Positions 35,207-45,160 of a DNA stretch of 64,000 nucleotides are shown piece by piece. The DNA comes from Escherichia phage pinkbiff. Both the position numbers and the translations under genes were made by a program. The stretch lies in the sequence record MN850603.1; one strand, given 5' to 3'. Position 1 is the stretch's first letter. Each line of letters starts with the position of its first letter. The notes beneath the pieces are model-generated. The model worked only from the letters and a program-made list of their open reading frames with translations. It had not been told where the DNA came from and did not search any database.

Positions 35207-35440
35207 ATGTGTAGTTCCCAATTAGAAATCGCAGATATTATAGACTTATATCAAACTGCAAAGAGTCATGGCTATATAACCTCAATTGGAAAGAATAGTC
35301 ACTATGATGCTTTGACTGGAATGTATTTCAGGGCAATGGCTCAATCTAGTGAACAACACTTAGTGGTTTCTTCCAGTGAGTTTACTTCGTTTCTCTATTG
35401 CAGCAAAATTATAAATCGCAGGAGAACTGAAAAATGTTAA
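35207..35440 (+). CDS. hypothetical small protein
   Basis: ORF track; first gene of plus-strand block after divergent intergenic region. Confidence 0.3.
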   Translation: MCSSQLEIADIIDLYQTAKSHGYITSIGKNSHYDALTGMYFRAMAQSSEQHLVVSSSEFTSFLYCSKIINRRRTEKC

Positions 35441-36024
35441 CAGTAAGTTTTAATTACAATAGTGATGGCTCTGTATCAATTAACTCACCATATGCAAATG
35501 ACCTACTTAAAGAGCTAGTCAGTCAGTGTGAGCGGGGTCTTCACTATGTTCAAAATTCTTTTAAACAGAAGACTATTGCTAATAACTTGATGCGTGTAAC
35601 AGTGACGGCATCGAATCCAAACTATGACTTTGATAGTGAAAGTCCATACTCATTAGTTGCGCTTGGAGAGTCCAGCCAATTCAAACTTGTTTGCCACGAC
35701 TCAGAAACATTCCTTAAGGTATTTTCCAACCTTACCCATAATAATAAGTACAGCTACGTTGATGGTAGTGTAAACTTCTATCCAGCAAACTATACATGTT
35801 TGTTGACTGATAATATGAGAAAAAGTAAGCAAGAACCTACAGAAATTTCATTTGATGTGAACTCTAGTCCAGACGCAGAAACAAGTAAGAACTTTGATAT
35901 GAGTTACGCATTGTCACTTAGTAAGAAATCCGAGTTCATTGATTATGTCAATGGATTTGGTTTTAAGTTTGATGAGAGTATGAATCTTAAAAAACTTAAG
36001 AACCTACTTAAGACTAAAGCTTAA
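35434..36024 (+). CDS. hypothetical protein
   Basis: 196 aa; ORF track. Confidence 0.45.
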   Translation: MLTVSFNYNSDGSVSINSPYANDLLKELVSQCERGLHYVQNSFKQKTIANNLMRVTVTASNPNYDFDSESPYSLVALGESSQFKLVCHDSETFLKVFSNLTHNNKYSYVDGSVNFYPANYTCLLTDNMRKSKQEPTEISFDVNSSPDAETSKNFDMSYALSLSKKSEFIDYVNGFGFKFDESMNLKKLKNLLKTKA

Positions 36025-36071
36025 GTGTGAATAGGGGCTGATGCCCCTTTAACTATTTATAAGGATATTTA

Positions 36072-36443
36072 ATGAAAGCTAAGAGTGCAAAAGACTTTTA
36101 TTGCTTCCTACAATCCTATATCAATTCCGTGCAAAATGGTGAAAGGTACAACCTTAATGATGTTATCCCAACACCTTTGACATGGAGACTCAGCAAATGG
36201 CCTGAAGAAGATATTACACCAACAAGCGAACAACGCACCTACAAACCTGAAATCAATATTCCAGACTCTGAGAATCTACTATATCCAATGTTCCATATTG
36301 TTGGTCTTGGAAGATTCCTTATGGATATCCAGTATGTAATTGGTAAGGGTTATAAGGTTAAAGGTATTGTTGTTGGTGATGTATCTCCACATCACAAAGG
36401 TTATTTTAGACTAAACGCACATTTAGAGGCTAAAAAGAAATGA
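36072..36443 (+). CDS. hypothetical protein (paralog of N-terminal domain of 36440..37825)
   Basis: 123 aa; aligns by eye with first about 120 aa of next ORF (KDFYCFLQSYINSVQNGERY vs YPDFKEFVKGFIANVKAGKRY; FLMDIQYVIGKG vs FFMDLQYAIINGK). Confidence 0.5.
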   Translation: MKAKSAKDFYCFLQSYINSVQNGERYNLNDVIPTPLTWRLSKWPEEDITPTSEQRTYKPEINIPDSENLLYPMFHIVGLGRFLMDIQYVIGKGYKVKGIVVGDVSPHHKGYFRLNAHLEAKKK

Positions 36444-37825
36444 TTAAAGCAAAGACTTACCCAGACTTCAAAGAGTTTGTGAAGGGCTTCATTGCAAACG
36501 TAAAAGCTGGTAAGAGATATGATTTTAGAGCATATCAAGAGGCTATTTTACCGCTTACCTATAGTTCGTATTGGCCTGAAGCTGATATTGCAGAAGTTGA
36601 GGAGTTTGACTACAAACCAGACTACAAAGTTCCATTTAGTGATGAGTTGCTTTACAGCATTGGTGCTCAAATGAGAACTTCTGACTTCTTCATGGACTTA
36701 CAATATGCAATTATCAATGGTAAAGACGTTGACACAATTTATTGTGAATGGCTGGCAAGAGTTAAACCATTCTCAATGTTGAATGCTAAGTTGAAGGATG
36801 CTATCAAGCCACCAGCAATCACTCAGCAACCAACCAATCAAACAGTAAATGAAGGTGACACACTTACCCTAAGTGTTATTGCAACTAATGCCACTGGATA
36901 TCAATGGAAAAAGGGTGGTGAGGATATCACTAGCGCCACATCTGCAACCTACACAAAACAGTCTGTAGCACCTTCTGATGCAGGTTCATACACTTGTGTT
37001 GTATCTGGAGAGGCTGGAACAAGTGTTACCTCAGATGCGGCAACAGTTACTGTCAACGCACTGCCTGTGATTACACAGCAACCTTCTAGCCAGACCATCA
37101 ATGAGGGTGGGAACATTAACTTGGAAGTGACTGCAACAGGTGCAACAGGTTATCAGTGGAAGAAAGATGGCTCTGACATCCCTTCAGCTACAGAGGCTAC
37201 CTATAGCAAGTCTGGTGCGCTGCCAGCAGATGCAGGTTCATACACTTGCGTTGTAACAGGTGCAGGTGGTTCTGTTACTTCTAGCCCTGCAACTGTCACG
37301 GTAAATGCTTTGCCAGTTATTACCAAGCAGCCAACCAATCAGGTAGTTAATGAGGGTAGCTCTTTGACACTGAGTGTTGAGGCGACAGGTGCGGAAGGTT
37401 ATCAGTGGAAAAAGGACGATGTGAACATCCCTAGTGCAACTGGTGCGACTTACACGAAAGCTAACGCAGTTCCTGACGATGCTGGTTCATATACCTGTGT
37501 AGTTACTGGTGCTGGTGGTACAACAGTCACATCTAATGCTGCAACAGTTACTGTGAATGCACTTCCGGTAATCACTCAACAGCCAACCAATCAAGAAACC
37601 AATGAAGGTGAGACCTTAACGCTGAATGTTGTAGCAACAGGTGCAACAGGTTACCAGTGGAAGAAAGGTGAGGAAGACATCCTCGATGCAACTACTGCAA
37701 CTTACACCAAAGAAGGTGCAACCGCTGCTGATTCAGGAAGCTACACCTGTGTAGTTACTGGTGCAGGTGGCTCTGTAACATCTAATGCAGCAACAGTTAC
37801 TGTTAACCCAGCAGGGGAGGCATAA
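36440..37825 (+). CDS. Ig-like repeat protein
   Basis: 461 aa; four tandem ~90-aa repeats (ITQQPTNQxVNEG..L.L.V.ATGATGYQWKK....I..AT.ATY.K......DAGSYTCVVTGAGG) resembling Ig-like/Big-type domains; stop overlaps start of endolysin. Confidence 0.6.
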   Translation: MIKAKTYPDFKEFVKGFIANVKAGKRYDFRAYQEAILPLTYSSYWPEADIAEVEEFDYKPDYKVPFSDELLYSIGAQMRTSDFFMDLQYAIINGKDVDTIYCEWLARVKPFSMLNAKLKDAIKPPAITQQPTNQTVNEGDTLTLSVIATNATGYQWKKGGEDITSATSATYTKQSVAPSDAGSYTCVVSGEAGTSVTSDAATVTVNALPVITQQPSSQTINEGGNINLEVTATGATGYQWKKDGSDIPSATEATYSKSGALPADAGSYTCVVTGAGGSVTSSPATVTVNALPVITKQPTNQVVNEGSSLTLSVEATGAEGYQWKKDDVNIPSATGATYTKANAVPDDAGSYTCVVTGAGGTTVTSNAATVTVNALPVITQQPTNQETNEGETLTLNVVATGATGYQWKKGEEDILDATTATYTKEGATAADSGSYTCVVTGAGGSVTSNAATVTVNPAGEA

Positions 37826-38289
37826 TGCAACTCTCAAGAAAAGGCTTAGATGCTATTAAGTTCTTTGAAGGTCTGAAGTTAGAGGCTTACGAAGACTCTG
37901 CCGGAATCCCAACAATCGGGTATGGTACAATCCGTATTGACGGAAAACCTGTTAAGATGGGTATGAAAATTACTGCTGAACAAGCTGAACAGTATCTTCT
38001 CGCAGATGTTGAAAAGTTCGTTGCAGCAGTGAACAAATCCATCAAGGTTCCAACTTCCCAGAATGAGTTTGACGCACTTGTAAGTGAAACATACAACATT
38101 GGCATCACAGCTATGCAGGACTCTACATTTATTAAGCGCCACAACGATGGCAATAAGGTAGGTTGTGCAGAAGCTATGCAATGGTGGAACAAGGTTACAG
38201 TCAAAGGTAAGAAGGTCACTTCAAACGGTCTTAAAAACAGACGTAGAATGGAAGCTGACATTTATCTTGACAGTGTATATCCAAAGTAA
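37825..38289 (+). CDS. endolysin, phage lysozyme (GH24-like)
   Basis: 154 aa; N-terminal FFEGLKLEAYEDSAGIPTIGYGT matches catalytic-Glu region of T4-lysozyme-type muramidases. Confidence 0.7.
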   Translation: MQLSRKGLDAIKFFEGLKLEAYEDSAGIPTIGYGTIRIDGKPVKMGMKITAEQAEQYLLADVEKFVAAVNKSIKVPTSQNEFDALVSETYNIGITAMQDSTFIKRHNDGNKVGCAEAMQWWNKVTVKGKKVTSNGLKNRRRMEADIYLDSVYPK

Positions 38290-38322
38290 TATCTTCATAG
38301 GCTCCTTCGGGAGCCTTTTTTA
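38290..38322 (+). terminator. rho-independent terminator after endolysin
   Basis: hairpin GGCTCCttcgGGAGCC followed by TTTTTTATTTT. Confidence 0.6.
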
Positions 38323-38340
38323 TTTTCTAAGGAGAAAACT

Positions 38341-38739
38341 ATGAAACTTTGGGCTAGTGACTTTGGGACTTTTAAGTACACTCGTGATGGTTCAATGGTG
38401 AGAATTATTGGCAGCCAGATTGTAGTAAGGGGTGATGAGGTCTGTACAAAGTTCACTGTAGAGTTAGCTGAGCTATCACCTATTACCCGTGCTAAGAATG
38501 GGTTTTTCAGGTTCGAGATTTACAAAGTAGATGAGTACGGTCGGTTCAACCCTCTTGGAGAAAGTGGATTAGATATTATTTCTGAACACCCATTGACAGC
38601 AGAGCAATTGTCAGGTTATTATAAAACTCTACTTGAAAGAGAGTTAGCAACCCACGAGTGTGAAGCAAAATATCACATAGAGCGTTGTGAAACACTCAAA
38701 GAAAAGATAAAACTAGCAGAGAGAGGTTTTTATGAATAA
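38341..38739 (+). CDS. hypothetical protein
   Basis: 132 aa; GGAG RBS upstream; ORF track. Confidence 0.45.
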   Translation: MKLWASDFGTFKYTRDGSMVRIIGSQIVVRGDEVCTKFTVELAELSPITRAKNGFFRFEIYKVDEYGRFNPLGESGLDIISEHPLTAEQLSGYYKTLLERELATHECEAKYHIERCETLKEKIKLAERGFYE

Positions 38740-39127
38740 TAACAGTCATATTCACGTTAAAGTTGATGTCAGCCGTTACAGCGAAAATGAGGAACTAGAC
38801 CTGCAAGATGCTATTCTCTTTGAGAAGAATGGTAATCTCCATCTGCATTTCGAAGGTACAAACACATATCTCCACAGATGTCGAGATGATGCAGATGGTT
38901 GCCCTGTTTTTGCTTGGTATAATTTAGAGTTCCCTCTTTACGCAATCCACTACCCAGATGGTGGAGAAGACTGGACAACTCAGTCAATTTTTGATGAGCT
39001 TAACGGTGTTCCGGTTGAGCAAGAAGAGCAAGAGCCTGTTGAACTGACCTTCACCTTCGTCAAAGAAGAAACGGTTGGTGATTTGTCAGTAACTGAAGCT
39101 ATTCAGGTAACACAGGTCATTCGCTAA
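38732..39127 (+). CDS. hypothetical protein
   Basis: 131 aa; overlapping start with upstream stop. Confidence 0.45.
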   Translation: MNNNSHIHVKVDVSRYSENEELDLQDAILFEKNGNLHLHFEGTNTYLHRCRDDADGCPVFAWYNLEFPLYAIHYPDGGEDWTTQSIFDELNGVPVEQEEQEPVELTFTFVKEETVGDLSVTEAIQVTQVIR

Positions 39128-39420
39128 TGAGTAAAGTACAGGTTATTTTCCCTATTTGTGACTTCTCACTAGAGCGTGAACTTGACCTGTACGAAGAAAT
39201 TACTGACGAAATTATCTGGTCTGTTGTAGAAGAGGCTATCAAGAAACTATATGGTGGCCTCTTAAACCCATCAAGCAAAAAGCTCAATACTAAACAAGTA
39301 GCTGACCCATATGTTTCATATGATGCCTACAACAAACCTTTTGAAAATACCTGCTTTGACCTTATGGTAGGCAATAACAAAGTCAACTATTTCTTCGTCA
39401 GAGAGTTTAACGATGAGTAA
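39127..39420 (+). CDS. hypothetical protein
   Basis: 97 aa; ORF track. Confidence 0.4.
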   Translation: MSKVQVIFPICDFSLERELDLYEEITDEIIWSVVEEAIKKLYGGLLNPSSKKLNTKQVADPYVSYDAYNKPFENTCFDLMVGNNKVNYFFVREFNDE

Positions 39421-39757
39421 GCTCCATGTCACAGTTTACAAAAACTTCTCAGATATCAAAGAGTCTTTAACAAATAAGCTTGACTTACAACGTAAAAGGC
39501 TCTTTTTAATGTATGACATAGACAACTACAACCATCCTAAAGAGTTCAACTACAAAGATGGTACAAAGGTTGTCGAATTTGAAGATTCTGTGACGGTGTA
39601 TGTCAAATATGACTTACCAGCAAAGTACATAGGGATGTTAGAGTATTACATATTCAAACATACAGGTATGCGTGGTGAAGCTGTCAAGATATCTTCTATA
39701 GAAGTTTTTGAGAAACCTAACACACAACTTAAAAAGTATTTAATGAGGAAACTGTAA
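39413..39757 (+). CDS. hypothetical protein
   Basis: 114 aa; ORF track. Confidence 0.4.
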   Translation: MSKLHVTVYKNFSDIKESLTNKLDLQRKRLFLMYDIDNYNHPKEFNYKDGTKVVEFEDSVTVYVKYDLPAKYIGMLEYYIFKHTGMRGEAVKISSIEVFEKPNTQLKKYLMRKL

Positions 39758-40338
39758 TGTCCGAAGAGCAACAGGATATCATTCCACAAGTAACGCTTGT
39801 ACAACACTTTGGAAATATTGAAGGGTGTGTTGCACTTTTTCAACCAAGCATCAACTCTCCTGCAAAAGTTTGCAAACTAACTATGAATGTTAACAACATC
39901 AGTGTTTGCCTTGTTGATGAAGTTCAATATTTCAAGTTTAATGACAGAGAGGTTGATGCTGCACTATTGAAGTACCGAGCAAGCCTAGAAAAAGACATCG
40001 ACCACAAAGAACTTGTAACACTGTTTGGTGACCTTCACAAGCTTCTTGAAAAGGTTATTAAGCGCACATATTACATGAACAATGGTTCAATCATCACCAC
40101 TTTGATTTCACCATGTATTTCAGAGCCGATTTTAACTGATGACGGTGGATACTACGTGGTAGCATCAGCAGATTCTGATTGGTGGATGAAGAACACAGCA
40201 CTTAAAACAGTGATTGAGGCTATCCGTGAGCACATCCCCTCATTTAGCCCGTGGAAAGGTAAAAGTGATGATTTTATCGCACTATTGAGTGAAGAGAGCA
40301 ACAAGCGCAGTGCATTACTGCCTAAAAAATACTCTTGA
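39757..40338 (+). CDS. hypothetical protein
   Basis: 193 aa; ORF track. Confidence 0.45.
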   Translation: MSEEQQDIIPQVTLVQHFGNIEGCVALFQPSINSPAKVCKLTMNVNNISVCLVDEVQYFKFNDREVDAALLKYRASLEKDIDHKELVTLFGDLHKLLEKVIKRTYYMNNGSIITTLISPCISEPILTDDGGYYVVASADSDWWMKNTALKTVIEAIREHIPSFSPWKGKSDDFIALLSEESNKRSALLPKKYS

Positions 40339-40421
40339 CCGAATATACAAAACTGATTATGATGGGAGCTATCGAGAGGTAGTTCCCTTTTTAGTTTCTA
40401 GAGAAGAGACATGGTAAAAGA

Positions 40422-40640
40422 ATGAAAAAGTTAACTACAGTTGAAGATTACTACAAACTTTCCCTGTTAGAACAGTATCGCAGAAACCAGAATATCAGAA
40501 AATGCTATGGTAAACACGCTGAGGGTGATTTTTACCATTGCTATGATGCAGATTTAAAAGGCGTAACACCTAGAGGGAAAGTCCTGCAAAGACTTGTTAA
40601 CCTTGAGTGGAACAAACGATTGAGAGGGGTTGGAAAATGA
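40422..40640 (+). CDS. hypothetical small protein
   Basis: 72 aa; ORF track. Confidence 0.35.
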   Translation: MKKLTTVEDYYKLSLLEQYRRNQNIRKCYGKHAEGDFYHCYDADLKGVTPRGKVLQRLVNLEWNKRLRGVGK

Positions 40641-41140
40641 TTTACGAAGAAAGATATAAGATAGATTACCAGAAGACTGGTCATCATGTCTCCCTAAGAG
40701 TAACCAAACCAAATGGAGACACCGGTATCATAGCACATTTTGGTGGTGATTATTGGTATGGTACTGGTTGCTTTGAAGGCTACAGTCAAGAATACTTGAA
40801 AGCTTTCTACAGAGACTTTACAAACGACTACAATAGGGTTGTTGACGAAAAGAATAAGTGCATTAAGCATGAACACCATGCCAGAGGCTGCCTGAGTATT
40901 ATTATGGTACTGGCATTCTTCTTAGCAACGTTACTGGCAGTATCAGCAATCAGCTACATAGCTCAAGATTTAACCATTACACAGATTACTGCAAAGCTAC
41001 ATGATATCTGGTACTTGTATGCTGTCCCTTTAGCTGGTATCATCATCTCACTAATAAGATTCAGAGTTCATAAGAAACGACTTAAGGATTCTGAGGTTAA
41101 ACTTGAAGAGGTAAGTAAAGAATGCAACCTACAATTATAG
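40607..41140 (+). CDS. membrane protein
   Basis: 177 aa; two hydrophobic segments (LSIIMVLAFFLATLLAVSAISYI and LYAVPLAGIIISLI). Confidence 0.45.
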   Translation: MEQTIERGWKMIYEERYKIDYQKTGHHVSLRVTKPNGDTGIIAHFGGDYWYGTGCFEGYSQEYLKAFYRDFTNDYNRVVDEKNKCIKHEHHARGCLSIIMVLAFFLATLLAVSAISYIAQDLTITQITAKLHDIWYLYAVPLAGIIISLIRFRVHKKRLKDSEVKLEEVSKECNLQL

Positions 41141-41216
41141 CTGTATGTGTTCGTTTTGCAATCGCTGAAATGATTAACAAGGCAATCTTAAAAGATGCCT
41201 ATGGAGAGACTAAGTA

Positions 41217-41441
41217 ATGATTAAGACACCTGTACCAATTTTTGGATTTCCTTCTATTGAAGAGTTCAAAGTCTATCTTGACAAAAACTTCTACAACGAG
41301 CAGCCTGTTACTTTGCTGAAGAGTGACTTATCAGAGCTTCTTGATATGGTTATCAAGGCAACTCCTGAGAAGGAACCTGAGCAGAAAGCTGAGAAGAAGA
41401 CTAGTAAGAAATCCGATAAGAAGACTGAAAAGTCTGAGTAA
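41217..41441 (+). CDS. hypothetical small protein with Lys/Glu-rich tail
   Basis: 74 aa; ORF track. Confidence 0.4.
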   Translation: MIKTPVPIFGFPSIEEFKVYLDKNFYNEQPVTLLKSDLSELLDMVIKATPEKEPEQKAEKKTSKKSDKKTEKSE

Positions 41442-41493
41442 TAACTTAGGGGTTACTTGATAGCCCCTTTGTAGAAACTTAGAAGGTAGCGAA

Positions 41494-41958
41494 ATGAAAA
41501 TTAAAGTAGTAGTTCAAAAAGCAATGCTTAACAATTCAACTAAAGACGAAATGTACAAAGAGATTTGTGATAAGTTGAATTGTTCAAGACATGCTGCTAA
41601 GGTTCTTGTACATTGTTTTATCTGGGAATGCTCAGAGGCTTATATGCAATATGTAGCGTTTGAAAGTTCTCACTTACTAGGTGATGTAGAAGCTGGTGAG
41701 AAGCTAAAAGAACCTGAGATGAAAACAGTTCCTAAAGTTGGTAATGTATACCCTCTTAAAGATTTCAAGACCGGAAAGATTGTTGCAAAAGGTGTAGTAG
41801 AATCTGTTTATCACGATGGTAAATACTTACTTAAAATATTTGAGTATGATAGCCACTACACACACTTATGTGGGATTACATTCTTAGTAACAGAAGAAGA
41901 CCTCATTAAGAACAATGGCAACAAGTTTGCAGTCCCAGCTTACCAAGTTTTACGATAA
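41494..41958 (+). CDS. hypothetical protein
   Basis: 154 aa; ORF track. Confidence 0.45.
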   Translation: MKIKVVVQKAMLNNSTKDEMYKEICDKLNCSRHAAKVLVHCFIWECSEAYMQYVAFESSHLLGDVEAGEKLKEPEMKTVPKVGNVYPLKDFKTGKIVAKGVVESVYHDGKYLLKIFEYDSHYTHLCGITFLVTEEDLIKNNGNKFAVPAYQVLR

Positions 41959-41971
41959 TGGTGTGATAGAT

Positions 41972-42520
41972 ATGGAAAAAGATAACTTAAAAGGTGTTGA
42001 AGATAACTACCTAGTACTTGATTGGAATGATATTCGGGAAGCACTATCTGAAGAAAGCCTTGACCTGCTAGAGCAACTTATCTTCTCAGTACGCCATACC
42101 AGAGGTATTGTAAACGGTAAAGAGCCACTTGAAGGAATCTTTGTAGAGAAGTCTTATCCGTTCTATGAAGATACTTTGCAGAAAGTTAAAATGTACTTTA
42201 AACAGAAGAACCGTAAAGTGGTCACTATGGTATCTCTTGGTGGACAGAGTATGTCTATTATGGAAGATATCAACCCTAAGAGACCAAGTAAGGGTGTATG
42301 TATAAAAATCACAGGTCATGAAGAGTATGTCTCAGCAAGTGATTTTAGTGTGTTCTGTAATGGTTCTGCTGTCTTTAAGGGGTTTCACTATGAAATCCGA
42401 GTGTACCCAATCAAGGGAGATGATATCATGATGCAGATATTTGATAACAACAATGGATTCACTCATTTTTATCAGACAACCAAGTCATCATTAAAAACAG
42501 TTTTAGAAAACCTGATTTAA
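41972..42520 (+). CDS. hypothetical protein
   Basis: ORF opens at 41915 overlapping upstream gene; ATG at 41972 (MEKDNLK) preferred; start uncertain. Confidence 0.4.
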   Translation: MEKDNLKGVEDNYLVLDWNDIREALSEESLDLLEQLIFSVRHTRGIVNGKEPLEGIFVEKSYPFYEDTLQKVKMYFKQKNRKVVTMVSLGGQSMSIMEDINPKRPSKGVCIKITGHEEYVSASDFSVFCNGSAVFKGFHYEIRVYPIKGDDIMMQIFDNNNGFTHFYQTTKSSLKTVLENLI

Positions 42521-42528
42521 AATATCTT

Positions 42529-42558
42529 AAGAGCCTCCTTAATTGGGGGCTTTTTATT
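42529..42558 (+). terminator. rho-independent terminator closing plus-strand block
   Basis: hairpin AGCCTCC/GGGGGCT followed by TTTTTATT. Confidence 0.5.
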
Positions 42559-42559
42559 G

Positions 42560-44140
42560 AGTAAAATTTACGAAATTTATATTTTTATAAAATTTTATCG
42601 GTTGTCCCAACCTCTGGGTCACCATCATATGTGAATAAAATATCTATCCTTCTTAACAGCCTTCTTAATCTTACTCTCTATGTAGTTATATAGTACTATA
42701 TAGTATCTTAGTAACTATCTAGTGGTCTTAATAGCCCTCTGTATAACCCTTCTAACAAGCCCTCTAACAAGCCTTCTAAACACTCTTCTAACAAGCCTTC
42801 TTAACAACCTATACAATCACCTTAATCATCCATCTACACCCTCTTAGAAGCTCCTATACACCTCTTAATCTCTAGGTTACCTATGTTACCCTCTATAGGT
42901 GTTCACTAGGTATTACTAAGCCTCTATATAGACTGTTTTAACAAACTTAACAGGAATATCTTTACAGACCTTATCTCACAAGGTCTAACACGGTACTAAC
43001 AAGGTATCTTATAAGCCTGTTTCTACCTGTATTTTTAAAATACTGTCTAGGTAATTATTCAGAATTTTAAAATTTTTATAAAATAGAGCTATCAAGTCAT
43101 TTTTTAGGGTCTTTGAAGGAACTGAAAAATATCTGTCTAGGATGTATATCTGCTTGGTAGCCCTTAACAGCTCCCTTACAAGTACTTTGCAGAATTTTAA
43201 AATATCATTAACAGTTTCTTAACAGTTCTCACATCTTCTTAACAACTCTTCAAAGGTCTTAACAGATTCTTAACAGAACTAACAAGGGCTTAACAGTTTT
43301 CTAGGGATTGGTAACAATACCAATTAACAAGTACTGAATAGGCTTTACAGAATCTTAACAGATGACTAACAAGAGCTAACAAGTTAATTTTAAAGAGTTA
43401 TTTTGTTAAGATAATTAACAAGTTCCTAACAAGTGTTTAATCTTTTTAACAAGCTATTAACATGGTCACTACTCTTTTCTTATCGTTCCCTTTCCTTTCT
43501 TAGTGACTTCTTAAACATACCTCTTAAAAGCTCTTAAAAGCTCTTTATAGGCTCTTTTAAGTCCCTCCCTAGTATTTACCCCTCAACTGTATGGATAGCT
43601 CTTTATAGGGCTTTACAGGAGCTTTTAAGGCTATGCCAAAGGTTCTTACAAGGTTTTTACGTGGTCTTAACAGAGATTTAACAAGGTGCTAACAAGAATA
43701 ACTATGTAGGGTTTGTTAAGAAAATGTTAAAAAAATGTTAAGGGGGCTAGCATTTACGTAACTTTTAAGCTACTTCAAAGTAACTTTATAACCCCTATAA
43801 CATGCTTTTTAATAGCTATCAAGGGGTTTGTTTAATCATTCACAAGATACTAGCCAGCCTATAAGCTTTCACCCTTATAAGATTCTTTTAAGGCTCTGGG
43901 AAGCTTTATAAAGGGCTTTTAAGGGTGAGGTAATGCAATCCCTTAAGTTAGGTTAATAAGGCCGTTATAGGGCTTTATAGAGCGTTTAAATGGTTGCCCT
44001 TCCCTTTCGGGTTATGGGCTTATATTTAAGTTGATTTGATAAGAGGTTATAGAGTAGACTATAGAGTTATTGCTTTTTAAGGTCTAGTAAGATTCTGGAA
44101 AGGAAAGGGAAAGGGTTTGTATAAGGATTCGATAGACGTA
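42560..44140. repeat. noncoding region with dense short repeats (TTAACAG / TAACAAG and CTTTATAG / CTTTTAAG families)
   Basis: no ORF of 60 aa or more in any frame across about 1.6 kb; more than 25 copies of (C)TTAACAG or (C)TAACAAG, many spaced 10-20 bp apart in 43200-43460; flanked by convergent terminators. Confidence 0.6.
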
Positions 44141-44142
44141 AA

Positions 44143-44215
44143 AAAGCCCCTATGAGATAGATTCTATCGAATCCATTTTGAGTAGGGGCTGTTCAGGTAT
44201 CTGGGGCTATTTAGC
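44143..44215 (-). terminator. rho-independent terminator closing minus-strand small-gene array
   Basis: minus-strand hairpin AGCCCCTA..TAGGGGCT followed by U6. Confidence 0.5.
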
Positions 44216-44228
44216 CCCGTTGCGTCGA

Positions 44229-44477
44229 TTAGTTGTAACCTTGTTTGCTGTAGTACAGGGAGACAATCAAATCACCCCAGTAATGATAGTGATGCTCATC
44301 GTTTATGGCCTCTTTTACGGCATCTTTCCAGAAGTCATCAATAGGGTTATAGTCTGGGATAACTTGCTTGATAACTGTCTTCACTAAGGAAAAGCATTCA
44401 TCAGTTCCGCCGATATCAAATTTAACGTCCAGAGTATAACAGCCATAAGCATTTACAGTAGCGCGGATAGTTGCCAT
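44229..44477 (-). CDS. hypothetical small protein (cassette-array gene)
   Basis: 82 aa; ATG follows conserved leader with AGGAGA Shine-Dalgarno. Confidence 0.5.
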   Translation of the reverse strand: MATIRATVNAYGCYTLDVKFDIGGTDECFSLVKTVIKQVIPDYNPIDDFWKDAVKEAINDEHHYHYWGDLIVSLYYSKQGYN

Positions 44478-44560
44478 TTTTGAATCTCCTAGTTTAAGGG
44501 TTTTATTTTAGTGGGGAAGTTCATTCCCTCCCCGTTGATTGACAATTTACAGATTTTTGA
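44478..44560 (-). repeat. intergenic cassette, variant A
   Basis: minus-strand order: TTGTCAATCAACG, hairpin GGGGAGGGAA..CTCCCC, then CTAAAATAAAACCCTTAAACTAGGAGATTCAAAA before the ATG. Confidence 0.6.
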
Positions 44561-45077
44561 TTGTCTCGTCAATATCTTTTTCAATATCTTTTAAAGTTTT
44601 TTCTAAGTTCTTGATATTGAACGTTAAACCTTCACCGATGGTTTTAGCGTAACCGTTAGGTCGATGGTCGTAAAGCTCGATATCTTCCACATCGGATAAG
44701 TTTACTCTTTCACCGTTTGAAGCGTAAGCCATTGAAACAGTATTTACAGGGGCTTTATAAAACTTGTTTAAGGTCTTGATTGAACGCTCATAAGCCATTT
44801 TATAGCTATTTAAAAGGTTTTTAACGTGGCTATGAACGTTTTTGCACTCATCCAAGTAAATCCCTAAGAATAGCGGTAATAATTCTGCTACAGCTTGCAT
44901 AAAGTGAGAGACTACAACGGTTGCAGCATTGCGACGATGAACGTAATAAGCCCCGTTTTCTGATTTGGTGATGGTTGCGAAGTGTACACCATTGCAGCGA
45001 AATTCGTAGGTATCTTTGACAGGCTTTGACATTACAGCATTTGAACGAATATAGTTGATGGCTTTGAACTTGTTCAT
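44547..45077 (-). CDS. hypothetical protein (cassette-array gene)
   Basis: ORF track extends into cassette (MTSPLNKTLKLGDSK is translated leader); start reassigned to ATG at 45077 (MNKFKAINY). Confidence 0.5.
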   Translation of the reverse strand: MNKFKAINYIRSNAVMSKPVKDTYEFRCNGVHFATITKSENGAYYVHRRNAATVVVSHFMQAVAELLPLFLGIYLDECKNVHSHVKNLLNSYKMAYERSIKTLNKFYKAPVNTVSMAYASNGERVNLSDVEDIELYDHRPNGYAKTIGEGLTFNIKNLEKTLKDIEKDIDETIKNL

Positions 45078-45160
45078 TTTTGAATCTCCTAGTTTAAGGG
45101 TTTTATTTAGTGGGGAGGTCATCCATCCCGTTGATTAGTAATTTACTTGTTTTGATAGCT
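45078..45160 (-). repeat. intergenic cassette, variant A
   Basis: near-identical to 44478-44560 (hairpin arm variant GGGGAGGTCATCCATCCC). Confidence 0.6.

Noticed and set aside
42560-44140. Possible CRISPR array, because of many short repeats
   Set aside because: Repeats are only 7-9 bp, degenerate, irregularly spaced and not separated by unique spacers of uniform length; no cas genes in the window.
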